Below are positions 49,052 to 59,086 of a stretch of DNA of 64,000 bases, one piece after another. The translations under genes and the position numbers were made by a program. Every line of letters starts with the position of its first letter. Positions within the stretch are counted from its first letter, which is position 1. Under the pieces are notes generated by a model. The model was not told the DNA's origin and searched no databases. It saw only the letters and a list, made by a program, of their open reading frames with translations. The DNA is from an uncultured Flavobacteriales bacterium (GTDB taxonomy: Bacteria > Bacteroidota > Bacteroidia > Palsa-965): positions 8,058-72,057 of the forward strand of contig CAIQQJ010000057.1 of the NCBI GenBank assembly GCA_903873905.1, given 5' to 3'.

Positions 49052-49984
49052 TTACAATATAAAATGTGAACTGATTGATTCATGATTTACGACGCGATGA
49101 AAAACGTCGGCAAACATATTTGTTACTGATAACACTTTTATTTTAGGAGTTTCCTCTCTCAATGGAATAGTATCGGTAACAATCAATTCGGTGATTTTTG
49201 ATTTTTCTAAAACGTCATATGCTTTTCCAGAAAGAACAGCATGTGTGCACATTGCACGAACACTTAATGCTCCGCGATCCATCATCATATCAGCAGCTTT
49301 GCAAAGTGTTCCGCCAGTGTCAATGATATCATCGATGAGAACAATGTTTCTTCCTTCCATTTCTCCAATTCCAGTGATGGAATCAACGATGTTCGCTTTG
49401 GTACGTGTCTTATAACAAATAACAATTTCACTCTTCAAATGTTTCGCATACGCATTTGCGCGTTTGGATCCGCCCATGTCAGGCGCGGCCATTGTGAGAT
49501 TCGGAAGTTTTAATCTTTCGATATACGGAATGAAAATTGTCGAAGCGTAAAGATGATCTACAGGAACATTGAAAAATCCCTGAATCTGATCGGCGTGCAA
49601 ATCCATTGTCATGATGCGATCAACTCCTGCGGTGTACAATAAATCCGCAATCAACTTTGCACCGATAGCAACTCTAGGTTGGTCTTTTCTATCTTGACGA
49701 GCGAAACCGAAATATGGCATCACTGCGATAATCTCAGCCGCGGAAGCACGTTTCGCAGCATCAACCATCAACAACAATTCAAAAAGATTGTCGGTAGGTG
49801 GAGTAGTGGACTGAACAAGAAAAATTGTTGAGCCACGAACTGTTTCTTCGTAATTGGTTTGAAACTCACCATCGCTGAATTTCTGAAAAGTCAGTTTGCC
49901 CAAAGGCTGTCCGTATGACGCGGATAATTGCTCCGCGAAATGTTTCGAGGTTGAACCGGAGAATATTTTTACTTCTGAAGTCAC
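49052..49984 (-). CDS. prs: Ribose-phosphate pyrophosphokinase
   Basis: FSDGE, PYFGFARQDRK, DLHADQIQGFF, DDIIDTGGT; GTG start; TACATTTG -7 element at 50010-50017. Confidence 0.97.
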   Translation of the reverse strand: MTSEVKIFSGSTSKHFAEQLSASYGQPLGKLTFQKFSDGEFQTNYEETVRGSTIFLVQSTTPPTDNLFELLLMVDAAKRASAAEIIAVMPYFGFARQDRKDQPRVAIGAKLIADLLYTAGVDRIMTMDLHADQIQGFFNVPVDHLYASTIFIPYIERLKLPNLTMAAPDMGGSKRANAYAKHLKSEIVICYKTRTKANIVDSITGIGEMEGRNIVLIDDIIDTGGTLCKAADMMMDRGALSVRAMCTHAVLSGKAYDVLEKSKITELIVTDTIPLREETPKIKVLSVTNMFADVFHRVVNHESISSHFIL

Positions 49985-50124
49985 AGTTTTTTTCCTTTTT
50001 CTAGGGGTGCAAATGTAAGGAAATAGCTACAGACAGGCAATAGAAATCAGCGGTTTGTAGGAATGAGTCGAAATCAAGCAATTATTGTAAAAAAGGACGA
50101 ATTTTCTTCAATTTACGCTCAAAT

Positions 50125-52020
50125 TCACCAAGAATCACCCGAATATGCCAGGATTCTGAATGCGCAGTCGGGGTAATTTGAAGGATATTTCAATCGTAAT
50201 TTACCCCAATAGTTTGTTTTGGAGGTAATATGACCGATTTCTTTTCCAGGAATTCTTGTGTCATAATAGGCAACGTAATAAAGTTGATTGGAACGAAGTC
50301 CATTGATTTGAAAAGTTTCCCCTTCTCTGTTTTCAGGTTTTTCCGCTTTGTCATTGTCTTTCGGCAGAAACTTTTCTTTGCCAAATCGATCGCGACAATC
50401 GGTCATAATATTTCCCCACCAATAACTTTGATTGTGGATCCATCCGATTGCACCATCTGCATTTTTTGAAATTTCAAAAAAAGTTTCAATACCATTTCCA
50501 GACCACATTTTTGATTCATTCTCGAACAACATTTTTCCTGCAATTGAATCCATGAAAAATCGCAAAGCAGGAAAATTGGCAGAACGATTGGAGTCGGATT
50601 TCCATTGCCACCAATAAATTCCACAACCTGCATCGCCCATAAATAAGGTTGCCCAAAAAGTATTGTGATAATTGATGTCGTTGCAATGTTCAAAATCATC
50701 CGCATCACTATTGTTCTTCGGACCATTTATCATTCCCGTTTCTCCGAATAGAAAGGGTTTGTTTATTTTTTGATAAGCACGTTCATGAATAATTTCAAAT
50801 CGGTTTTCATTCGACAAAAACTTGTTGCTGTAATGGTGAATGTCAATGAAACTTATTGCAGGATTGTTGAAAACACTGGCATATTTTTTTTCGCCACAAC
50901 TTGTTGAAAGCATATGCACATGATCGCCCAATTCATTTCGCAGGAGATTATTGATGTGTGTGATGTAATTTCTGAAGTAAATTTCATGATCGGAAAATCC
51001 ATCCCAATAATTCTGTTCACTTACAATTTCAATTGAGGAAATGGCGGGAGAAAAAGCCCATCGCGCATAAACGTATCGGAAATAATTATCAATTGCTTTT
51101 AGTGCTGAAGTGTCATTCAAAATATCTGCAACAGTTCCTCCTTCTTTTCCAAACGCTTTTCGATAAGGATTCCATTCTTCTTTTGGAATATTATTTCCAA
51201 AACCACTATTGATTTCAATGGAAAGTTGAATGTGCAATCCGCGCGCTTCTGCAATTCGCACCATGCTATCGAGCGCACACGCACGCTCTTGTACATATAC
51301 GCCTAAATCTTTCCATTCAATTCCCGTACTCCAAGGTGCCATGAAACAACGCACATAATTTCCTCCATTATCTGCAAGATTATTCATGTAATGGTAAACA
51401 TCGTAATAGCCGCAGTTGTATGCAGGAAAAGGTCCAGCATATCCATGTAGAATTGGCTCGTCGGCCCATGCAATATTTTGTCCCAATGGAAAAAAATAGG
51501 TTCCATCTGTAAATTGAAAATGTCTTTGATCGGCAGCCACATTCAAATAGCCATGATTATTTCCAGCAACACAATTAAAAGTAATTCCGCAAGATTTCGG
51601 AACCGACATTTCTAGCGTTTCTCCAATGAGAAAATTGCATTGCCAGTTTCCTGTATCAGGAACAGCAAACCGAACACGCCAAGGCCATTCCGTTTCTGTT
51701 GTGACATATTTATTTTGTTTTTCATCGGCCTTTGCATCTTGCATATAGAAAGCAGAGACAGCATAAGTTTTTTCGTGACAAATGAATTGCAGTCGTAAAA
51801 AATGTTGTGAATAGGGATTTGCACCAAGTGAATGATCGTCAAGAAACAATTTGAACAAGCGCTCCTGTTCAGGAATTCGAATCCCGATTTCTATGGTTTC
51901 ATATTTGGCAATTGTGCCATTTGGAGCTCCATGGAGGATTTTTGTTTCATAATGTTCCTGTGAAAAAACATAAATGGGTAATAATAGGGCAAAGAAGATG
52001 ATTTTCAGAGGGGAATTCAT
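50125..52020 (-). CDS. Secreted glycoside hydrolase-like protein (DUF5060-like N-domain + clan GH-A-like barrel)
   Basis: WRVRFA-x-P-x-x-G-x-W, YFFPLGQN, GGNYVR, YVYARW, DIHHY, KPFLFGETG. Confidence 0.7.
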   Translation of the reverse strand: MNSPLKIIFFALLLPIYVFSQEHYETKILHGAPNGTIAKYETIEIGIRIPEQERLFKLFLDDHSLGANPYSQHFLRLQFICHEKTYAVSAFYMQDAKADEKQNKYVTTETEWPWRVRFAVPDTGNWQCNFLIGETLEMSVPKSCGITFNCVAGNNHGYLNVAADQRHFQFTDGTYFFPLGQNIAWADEPILHGYAGPFPAYNCGYYDVYHYMNNLADNGGNYVRCFMAPWSTGIEWKDLGVYVQERACALDSMVRIAEARGLHIQLSIEINSGFGNNIPKEEWNPYRKAFGKEGGTVADILNDTSALKAIDNYFRYVYARWAFSPAISSIEIVSEQNYWDGFSDHEIYFRNYITHINNLLRNELGDHVHMLSTSCGEKKYASVFNNPAISFIDIHHYSNKFLSNENRFEIIHERAYQKINKPFLFGETGMINGPKNNSDADDFEHCNDINYHNTFWATLFMGDAGCGIYWWQWKSDSNRSANFPALRFFMDSIAGKMLFENESKMWSGNGIETFFEISKNADGAIGWIHNQSYWWGNIMTDCRDRFGKEKFLPKDNDKAEKPENREGETFQINGLRSNQLYYVAYYDTRIPGKEIGHITSKTNYWGKLRLKYPSNYPDCAFRILAYSGDSW

Positions 52021-52173
52021 GAATGCAATTTGGGGAAATAATGGCAATATGTGAATGTTGTGATTTATTTACGTTTGTTTTTTGTGTGATCGATAAGAAT
52101 AGGTAATTTCGCTTCCCCTTAAACGGGATTGTGAATCTACTACCGACGCAGGATTTACTCTTAAAACAAAAAC

Positions 52174-52257
52174 GCCCAGCTGGCGGAATCGGTAGACGCG
52201 CTGGTCTCAAACACCAGTGCCTTCACTGGCATGCCGGTTCGACTCCGGCGCTGGGTA
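52174..52257 (+). tRNA. trnL: tRNA-Leu (CAA)
   Basis: Acceptor GCCCAGC/GCTGGGT, anticodon arm CTGGT-CTCAAAC-ACCAG, long variable arm, T-arm GCCGG-TTCGACT-CCGGC; CCA not encoded. Confidence 0.96.
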
Positions 52258-52264
52258 CACCTCT

Positions 52265-52293
52265 AAAGCCCCTGATTATCAGGGGCTTTTTTT
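52265..52293 (+). terminator. Intrinsic terminator after tRNA-Leu
   Basis: AAAGCCCCTGA-TTA-TCAGGGGCTTT-TTTT. Confidence 0.85.
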
Positions 52294-52395
52294 GTTGATC
52301 CTGAACGGGAGTCGAACTTTGAAATTCCCATTGGTAAAATCGAAATATTTAATTGGTAATTCAACTAGGATTGATGTTGTTTCGCATTCAAAAAA

Positions 52396-52593
52396 ATGGA
52401 AACAAATAATTTAAACCGGAATGATTATTACAGAAAAAATCGTTTGACAAAAGATGAACTTAGAAAACACGAAGGGTTTGAAAATATGTCGGATGAAGAA
52501 TTGGAGAGAAGAGTTGCAAGGCTTCTTGAACTTGCTTCTGTGTTGGTTGAAATTTATTTATATCAACAAAAAACGAGAAAAATTATTGATTAA
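52396..52593 (+). CDS. Small helical hypothetical protein
   Basis: 65 aa; LTKDELRKHEGFENMSDEE resembles small ORFs recalled from Bacteroidota integrative elements (not verified). Confidence 0.6.
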   Translation: METNNLNRNDYYRKNRLTKDELRKHEGFENMSDEELERRVARLLELASVLVEIYLYQQKTRKIID

Positions 52594-52791
52594 TAAAACA
52601 GACGGAAACGATGGTGTATTTCTGAAATAAATTTTCCAGGTATAAGCGGAAGCTCAATGGGGGTAATATGACGTCGTGAGTTATTAATCAAAAGGTGAAT
52701 ATTTCTCAAGAATGCATTGTAAAAACAGAAAGAATTAGTTGCAATTCATCTCCAATTTGGAGATATTTGGTTGACTAACACTTTTGAAAAA

Positions 52792-53718
52792 ATGCGACGA
52801 GCCTTGTTGATAACGTTGATTATTTCTTGTAATACATTTCTTGAAGCGCAAAATTGGGCGGCAGCAGGATCAGTTTGGCATTTTAATTATTCTAATCTGA
52901 CTTTTGACGGTTACATTAAAATTGAAAAAATTGGAGACACTTTGATAAGTGGAAAAATTTGCGACATTCTTAAAAAAACAAGAATTGGATACAATTACAT
53001 TTCAAGTTCTGACGATACGATTTATCTCGGAAGAGAGTATACTCGATTAAGTAACGACACAGTTTATAATTTTAGAAACAATCAGTTTTTTATTTTGTAC
53101 TGTTTCAACGCTGTTCCTGGGGATACTTGGTTGGTTGCTGGGAATAACACCAATTGTAATCTTACTGATAGCATCAAAGTTGATAGTATAGGAACAACCG
53201 TAATAAGTTCCACGACCTTAAGATACATTTGGACTAGCCCATCAATCAATATTGGTTTGCAATTCACCGGAAAAGTTGTAGAAAAAATTGGGTGTATTGG
53301 ATATATGTTTCCAGAACCATTTTGTCTAACCGATCTTAATGAAGGAGGTCCCTTCAGATGTTACAGTGATAGCAGCTTATGGTCATTTCAAACCGGGATT
53401 GTTCCCTATTGCGATTTTACTAACCAAATTGCTGAGCAATCTCTAACAAATAGAATTGGGCTTGTTTATCCAAATCCGTTTTCAAAATCCACAACAATTT
53501 TTCTTCCAAATCAGAAAAAAAATTCAAAAGCAGTTTTGAAAATCTTCAACGCTCTTGGTACTCAAGTTGCAGAATATTCCAATTTCAGAAATGAGCAACT
53601 TATTGAAGGAGATTTTTTAAGTGATGGAATTTATTTATGGATTATTTATAATAATAACAATGAAATTATTTCTTCTGGGAAAATTATAAAAAATTCGCAA
53701 CTAAACTTAATACCATGA
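52792..53718 (+). CDS. T9SS cargo protein of unknown function
   Basis: Signal peptide; GSVWHF, EKIG, FRCYSD; VYPNPF...GIYLW CTD. Confidence 0.85.
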   Translation: MRRALLITLIISCNTFLEAQNWAAAGSVWHFNYSNLTFDGYIKIEKIGDTLISGKICDILKKTRIGYNYISSSDDTIYLGREYTRLSNDTVYNFRNNQFFILYCFNAVPGDTWLVAGNNTNCNLTDSIKVDSIGTTVISSTTLRYIWTSPSINIGLQFTGKVVEKIGCIGYMFPEPFCLTDLNEGGPFRCYSDSSLWSFQTGIVPYCDFTNQIAEQSLTNRIGLVYPNPFSKSTTIFLPNQKKNSKAVLKIFNALGTQVAEYSNFRNEQLIEGDFLSDGIYLWIIYNNNNEIISSGKIIKNSQLNLIP

Positions 53719-56700
53719 ATCAGCATTTTCTAAATCTTCCGAAAAAACTTTTACTTCTACTTTTTCTAAATGTATTTATTACAAGGATTTATTCCCAGAA
53801 TACAATCCCTGATTTTTCTAATGATGTTGCTCCGCCACCGTCGATTTCTCCTACCAGCGGAACTTGTAACAATACTTTAACGAATACATCACCTGATTTT
53901 GTAAATAAATATCGGCCACTAACTTTTTGGATACCTACAGCAAACACTCCTGTCAAAACCATTCAAATTGCAATGCATATTTTTACCGGAGGAAATTCAT
54001 TGACAAATACTCCAGGTGTCATTGCGTGGTTGAATTCTGTTGTCAATCAAATTAATTTTGACTTAGCGCATAATTGCACTCCTGGTCTTCCCACCGTTCC
54101 AAATGTGGTTGATTTGGCTGATACTAAAATACGCTTCGAACTTTCCAATATTTATTTTTACAATAACACGACACTTTACAATTCGCAAAACACCTCCGCG
54201 ATGCTTTCATACATAAGTGGAGTTGACCCAAATCGATTGAATTATCTCTCTGTTTTAATTCCGACTGGCGGACAACAGAATGCAGCGACCCCTTACCCGT
54301 CCTACATTTCTTATGGCTCAAGTGCAAATGATTTATATGTATATAATATGTTTGCTATGGTTCCAGCTGACAATACACAAAATTCGGTTTTTTATAATAT
54401 TTTAAAACATGAACTTGGACATTGTCTTGATTTATTACACACTTATTCGGGGTGTTGTTATCCCGAGGATTGTCAACCCTCACCTGATTACTTGTCCGAC
54501 GTTTTTGGAACAGCTTTTAATTCCAATTGTTGGCTTCAGGGAGGATGGAACTGTAACCCTTATTTAAGTTCACTTTGTACAAGTAATTGGATGGGCGGAT
54601 GGGCTGGAGCCTGCTATCTTTCTCCATTGCAAATCGCAAAGATTCATCGGGCGTTGTCTTTAAAAACAACAAGACGTTACGTTAAAGATGTTGCCTTGCC
54701 TTCTACTGTTTATGATATTGCATCAAACGAAACTTGGGATTTCGATATTAGATGGTATGGTGATATACATGTAAAAGCTGGCGCAACTTTGACTGTGAAA
54801 TGCAAAATACTAATGTCGGCCGGGGCAAAAATTGTTGTTGAACGAGGGGGAAAATTGATAATTGATGGAGGAACGATAACAAATAGTTCTAAGGTTTTAT
54901 GGAAAGGAGTAGAAGTTTGGGGCAACCCTTTTGTCGGCCAATCAAATACTACATCGAACGGTCAGGGACAAGTTATAATACAAAATGGAGGAACAGTTGA
55001 AAATGCTGAAATTGCTGTTGCTGCAACACAGCTTGATCCACAAGGCCAACCTAACTTTCTCTGGGATGGCGGAATTATACGTGCCCAAAATGCCGTTTTC
55101 AGAAACAATATTATAGGAATTCAACTTTGGTCATACCACGGGACAACCACACAATTGAATTACAGTTATGCGAAAAATTGCACATTCGAAACGACTTCAA
55201 CATGGCCTAATACAAGTATCTATCCAAAGTATTTTGTGGATATGTATGATGTTGATTATACTTCAATTCTTGGCTGTACTTTTCAAAATTTAGTTCCAAA
55301 CAGTTTTCCTGTTGGTAACAGAGGCGAAGGAATTTTTAGCGTTGATGCAAGATTCAGAGTTGGAAATTTTTGTACCAATACTCAATGCACTTTATTTATT
55401 CCAAGCGCATTTACTAACCTTACTTATGGCGTAGACGCTTCCGCTTCAATGCCATTGTTAACATGCGCAGTTGATGGCGCGGTTTTCAGCAGTTGTGACA
55501 AGGGCGTTTCGATTCGAGGATTAGATTATGCAACAATAACACGAGGTACATTTAATATTACTCCAGGGACATTATCAATTCCGCACTTTGGAATTTATGC
55601 CGACAATTGCACCGGATTTCAAATCGACGGAAATACTTGTACCGGTTCAGGAAGTCCTGCATATGATGTTGGTGTTCTCATTCGTGATTCACGTGACATG
55701 TCGAACATCGTTTATAATAATTCGTTTACGAATCTACATGTTGGAGAAGAAGCAATAGGAGATAATGATGGTCCAAATATTCCTGATGGTCTAAGATTCA
55801 ATTGCAATGATAATTTGAATAACCTCTATGATATTTACGTTACGAATCCTACCAGTCAAAATAACATTACAACTGACATTGGAAAAATTCAAGGACTGCT
55901 TGATCAATTATATCCTAATCCGCAACAATTAGTACGAAATACGTATTCTGCTCCTTGTGTAGCTTCAAATGAAAATCGTTTCAGAATGGACAAAGTGAGT
56001 TCGCAAACTGCGACACATAACAATCATCTTACTCCATCTACAACTCCTGTTCCTTGCAAGGACAATCTTGTTATAACATCAAATACGAATTATACTTTCA
56101 ATAAACCTCTTGATTGCCCATCAAGCTTTGGAGGTAATCCGAGTTTATCAGCTCTTCAATTGCAGTTGTCTTCATACACAACTCAAATAAATTCTCAAAA
56201 AGTAATTGTTGATGGAAATAATACCCAGGGGCTTTTAACTATTATTGCTACAAGTTCATCAGGTCAAATAAAAAATTCTTTGCTTGGTGTTGGCCCATAT
56301 CTTTCTGATCAGGTTTTATTAGCAGCCATTGCTAAAAATCTTCCCGCAGGAATTCTCAAAGACATCATCATTCCAAACTCGCCAGTAACACTTGCCGTCA
56401 AACAAGCAATCGATGCAATTAGTCTTCCACCGGGAATCAGAAACCAGATCAATGCAGCACAAACAGGAGTTTCTCCTCGTGCAATACTTGAAAATCATAT
56501 TGATCAACTACAATTTGAACGTGACCTTCTTCTTAGTTCAGAAATCCGTTTAATTTTAAATGATACAACTTTCATTGACCCAATTGGCAAGGTGATTTCA
56601 ATTATTAAAATTGAAAACATTCCTGATCAAAAATGCAAACTAGCTTCTGCATATATTGCGAATAAGGATTATGTAAAAGCGGATTCGGTCTTAACGGTAA

Positions 56701-57239
56701 TTGAAGCTGAGCAGTCAGGTATTCTAGATAACTTCTGTCAACTAAATAGGATTCTTATTGATCTTCGCCAATCAATACAAGGTTGTCTTGTCTTGCATGC
56801 TGATTCAATAAAAAAGGCCGCTGTGGAGCAAATCGCTGTTCAGGTTGATAAGGATGGTTGTTCAAATGCACAAGCACTTCTGATGAAAGCCTTTGCTTCT
56901 TTTTATCCGGAAGATGTTGTTTTCCCTAATGATGGAATTAGTTATCGAGTTATCCAGCCTGAACTGATACAACCAAATCAGGTGATTAGCGATTATAGGG
57001 CATTTCCAAACCCAGCAATTGATAAATTAAATGTGGAATATAAACTTCCCTCTGGTGTAGTAAATCCAATATTGATTGTATTTGATATTAATGGAAAGAC
57101 AATCATTCGCCAACAAATTTCTTCAGATGCGGGCACAACTCAGTTAAACATTGCTGAATTGCCCTCCGGTTTATTTTTCTGGCGAATTGAAGCTGACGGA
57201 GAGATTTTGCACTCTGATAAATTCTCAATAGTCAGGTAA
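53715..57239 (+). CDS. Large T9SS cargo: metzincin (M43/pappalysin-like) domain, beta-helix region, CTD
   Basis: HELGHCLDLLHT zinc motif, NWMG Met-turn, LSPLQIAKIH; WKGVEVWG and right-handed beta-helix-like repeats; AFPNPA...GLFFW CTD; ATGA overlap with the upstream gene. Confidence 0.8.
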   Translation: MNQHFLNLPKKLLLLLFLNVFITRIYSQNTIPDFSNDVAPPPSISPTSGTCNNTLTNTSPDFVNKYRPLTFWIPTANTPVKTIQIAMHIFTGGNSLTNTPGVIAWLNSVVNQINFDLAHNCTPGLPTVPNVVDLADTKIRFELSNIYFYNNTTLYNSQNTSAMLSYISGVDPNRLNYLSVLIPTGGQQNAATPYPSYISYGSSANDLYVYNMFAMVPADNTQNSVFYNILKHELGHCLDLLHTYSGCCYPEDCQPSPDYLSDVFGTAFNSNCWLQGGWNCNPYLSSLCTSNWMGGWAGACYLSPLQIAKIHRALSLKTTRRYVKDVALPSTVYDIASNETWDFDIRWYGDIHVKAGATLTVKCKILMSAGAKIVVERGGKLIIDGGTITNSSKVLWKGVEVWGNPFVGQSNTTSNGQGQVIIQNGGTVENAEIAVAATQLDPQGQPNFLWDGGIIRAQNAVFRNNIIGIQLWSYHGTTTQLNYSYAKNCTFETTSTWPNTSIYPKYFVDMYDVDYTSILGCTFQNLVPNSFPVGNRGEGIFSVDARFRVGNFCTNTQCTLFIPSAFTNLTYGVDASASMPLLTCAVDGAVFSSCDKGVSIRGLDYATITRGTFNITPGTLSIPHFGIYADNCTGFQIDGNTCTGSGSPAYDVGVLIRDSRDMSNIVYNNSFTNLHVGEEAIGDNDGPNIPDGLRFNCNDNLNNLYDIYVTNPTSQNNITTDIGKIQGLLDQLYPNPQQLVRNTYSAPCVASNENRFRMDKVSSQTATHNNHLTPSTTPVPCKDNLVITSNTNYTFNKPLDCPSSFGGNPSLSALQLQLSSYTTQINSQKVIVDGNNTQGLLTIIATSSSGQIKNSLLGVGPYLSDQVLLAAIAKNLPAGILKDIIIPNSPVTLAVKQAIDAISLPPGIRNQINAAQTGVSPRAILENHIDQLQFERDLLLSSEIRLILNDTTFIDPIGKVISIIKIENIPDQKCKLASAYIANKDYVKADSVLTVIEAEQSGILDNFCQLNRILIDLRQSIQGCLVLHADSIKKAAVEQIAVQVDKDGCSNAQALLMKAFASFYPEDVVFPNDGISYRVIQPELIQPNQVISDYRAFPNPAIDKLNVEYKLPSGVVNPILIVFDINGKTIIRQQISSDAGTTQLNIAELPSGLFFWRIEADGEILHSDKFSIVR

Positions 57240-57240
57240 T

Positions 57241-58446
57241 ATGCGTTTCAGAATTTATTTTATTTTAATATTTTTCATTGCAACAATTTCCTTGTCTGCT
57301 CAAACTTGGTTACAGAGAGCGGATGTCCCATTTAATATCCAGAATAGCGAAGGAACTTCATTTGCCATAGGAGATAAAATTTACATCGTTTGCGGAGTAA
57401 TAAACAACAACTACTCCAATTTTTGCTGGGAGTTTAATACAACAACAAATATCTGGTCTCAGAAAACAAGTTTCCCCGGTTGCCCGAGAAGATGGCCAAG
57501 TTCATTTTCAATTGGAGGGAAAGGATATTTTCTAGGTGGAGAAGATACCATCGCCGGAACTAATAATGATCTATGGGAATATGATCCGGTAGTTGATTCA
57601 TGGACTCAGAAAACTTCTCTTCCGAGTTCCATACGTTGTGGTGCGATATCTTGGGTAATTAATGGAAAGGGATATGTTGTAAGCGGAGCCCAATCATTTG
57701 GTATAGTTTTAAATGATTGTTGGCAATATGACCCCATCCTTGATTCTTGGATTCAGAAGAGTTCAATGCCATGCACAGGACGAACATTTGGTGCTGGATT
57801 TTCTATTGGGAATAAGGGATATGCAGGTTTAGGATCTGATTACTCTCAAAATTTAAAAGACTGGTGGGAGTATAATTCAATTTCTGACTCATGGACTATC
57901 AAAGATTCTCTGCCTAGCATTGCTGTAAATATTGCAGCATTCTCTATTGATAGTTTCGGTTACGTTGGGCCTGGCGACTACACATATATTTTGGGCAGTT
58001 CATTTTTTCAATTCAATCATGTTTCTGGCCAGTGGTTACAACTTGCAAATTTTACTGGAGCTCAATATTTTAGCCCCTATTCAGTTACTTGTAACGGAAA
58101 AGGCTATGTCATTTCCGGAAGTAGCTTTACTACTTGCCAAAAAACAACATGGGAATTTACAGCACCTGTTGGAATAGAGGAATATTCAGGAAATTCATGT
58201 TCTGTTTTTCCGAATCCTTCGAGTGATAAAGTGAGGATTAAATTAGATCAAAATATTATTTCATCTGGCTCCGGTTATTCCATCGAATTAACTGATGTCA
58301 CTGGGAAAGTTGTTCGACTTGAAAGTGGCCTGAAAATGACGGACTCAATTGAATTAAGTAAAGAAAACCTTCAATCAGGAATTTATTTTTTTGCTATTAA
58401 AAATGATGAAAAGATTTACGGGCGAGGCAAAATTGTTTTTGAATAA
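57241..58446 (+). CDS. Kelch-repeat T9SS cargo protein
   Basis: Repeats of F-x-IG-x-KGY...W(E/Q)Y(D/N)P-x-x-DSW-x-QK; VFPNPS...GIYFF CTD. Confidence 0.9.
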   Translation: MRFRIYFILIFFIATISLSAQTWLQRADVPFNIQNSEGTSFAIGDKIYIVCGVINNNYSNFCWEFNTTTNIWSQKTSFPGCPRRWPSSFSIGGKGYFLGGEDTIAGTNNDLWEYDPVVDSWTQKTSLPSSIRCGAISWVINGKGYVVSGAQSFGIVLNDCWQYDPILDSWIQKSSMPCTGRTFGAGFSIGNKGYAGLGSDYSQNLKDWWEYNSISDSWTIKDSLPSIAVNIAAFSIDSFGYVGPGDYTYILGSSFFQFNHVSGQWLQLANFTGAQYFSPYSVTCNGKGYVISGSSFTTCQKTTWEFTAPVGIEEYSGNSCSVFPNPSSDKVRIKLDQNIISSGSGYSIELTDVTGKVVRLESGLKMTDSIELSKENLQSGIYFFAIKNDEKIYGRGKIVFE

Positions 58447-58538
58447 AATTTAGTTGAGATTGATTTTGAAGTCTATAATTCTTTCAATTTATCCCAATCC
58501 TCCCAAAAAAAGTTCGATATTTCAAGCCTTCTGTGTAC

Positions 58539-59086
58539 AAAAAACAGAGTGAGAAACAGAGCGCCCCGAAGGGGTCCCTACGGGAAGAGCGAAGTTTCGA
58601 CCTCTGTTTTTTTCTTCACACTCATTCTCATCTCTCACGCTAAAAATCAGCACCACTATGTTCGATTTTCAAAAACTCGAGGTTTATAAAAAGGCAAAGA
58701 GTTTTCACGTTGATTGTAAAAATCTAATTCTGACTAAGAAGTTGGATACGTATGTGAAGGACCAATTGGGGCGAGCTTCCTTTAGTGTGGCATTGAACAT
58801 TGCCGAGGGGTCAGGTAAATTTTCAAAGGCAGATCGAAAAAATTATTTTACAACAGCCCGTGCTTCGGTCTTTGAGTGTGTAGCGGTATTGGATATACTT
58901 TGTGATCAATCAACAATTTCAAAGGATGAGTTTGATCCATTGACATCTTCGGCTGATGAACTTTCTCGGATTTTGTATGCGATGATCAAAAATCTTTCCT
59001 GAAAATGTTTTTTTCTTCATTCTCATTCTATTTCTGATTAATTGCAAATCAACAAGAAAGTTCGATAAATAAAACCCCTTGGGTAC
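58539..59086. mobile_element. Putative cassette 2 (four-helix-bundle gene only)
   Basis: Bounded by att-like sites 58512-58538 and GTTCGA-N14-TGGGTAC at 59060-59086. Confidence 0.45.
58658..59002 (+). CDS. Four helix bundle protein (23S rRNA intervening sequence protein / S23 family)
   Basis: FQKLEVYKKA, DQLGRASFSVALNIAEGSG, ARASVFEC. Confidence 0.93.
   Translation: MFDFQKLEVYKKAKSFHVDCKNLILTKKLDTYVKDQLGRASFSVALNIAEGSGKFSKADRKNYFTTARASVFECVAVLDILCDQSTISKDEFDPLTSSADELSRILYAMIKNLS

Larger units (their letters stand above)
52259..58538. mobile_element. Putative tRNA-Leu-anchored island/cassette 1 (no recombinase gene)
   Basis: Starts at the tRNA 3' end and ends at att-like GTTCGA-N14-TGTGTAC (58512-58538); carries a small ORF and three T9SS cargo genes. 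Confidence 0.5.

Noticed and set aside
52594..52790. Integrase or recombinase remnant after the small ORF
   Set aside because: No recognisable serine (Y-x-RVS) or tyrosine recombinase motif could be read in this gap.
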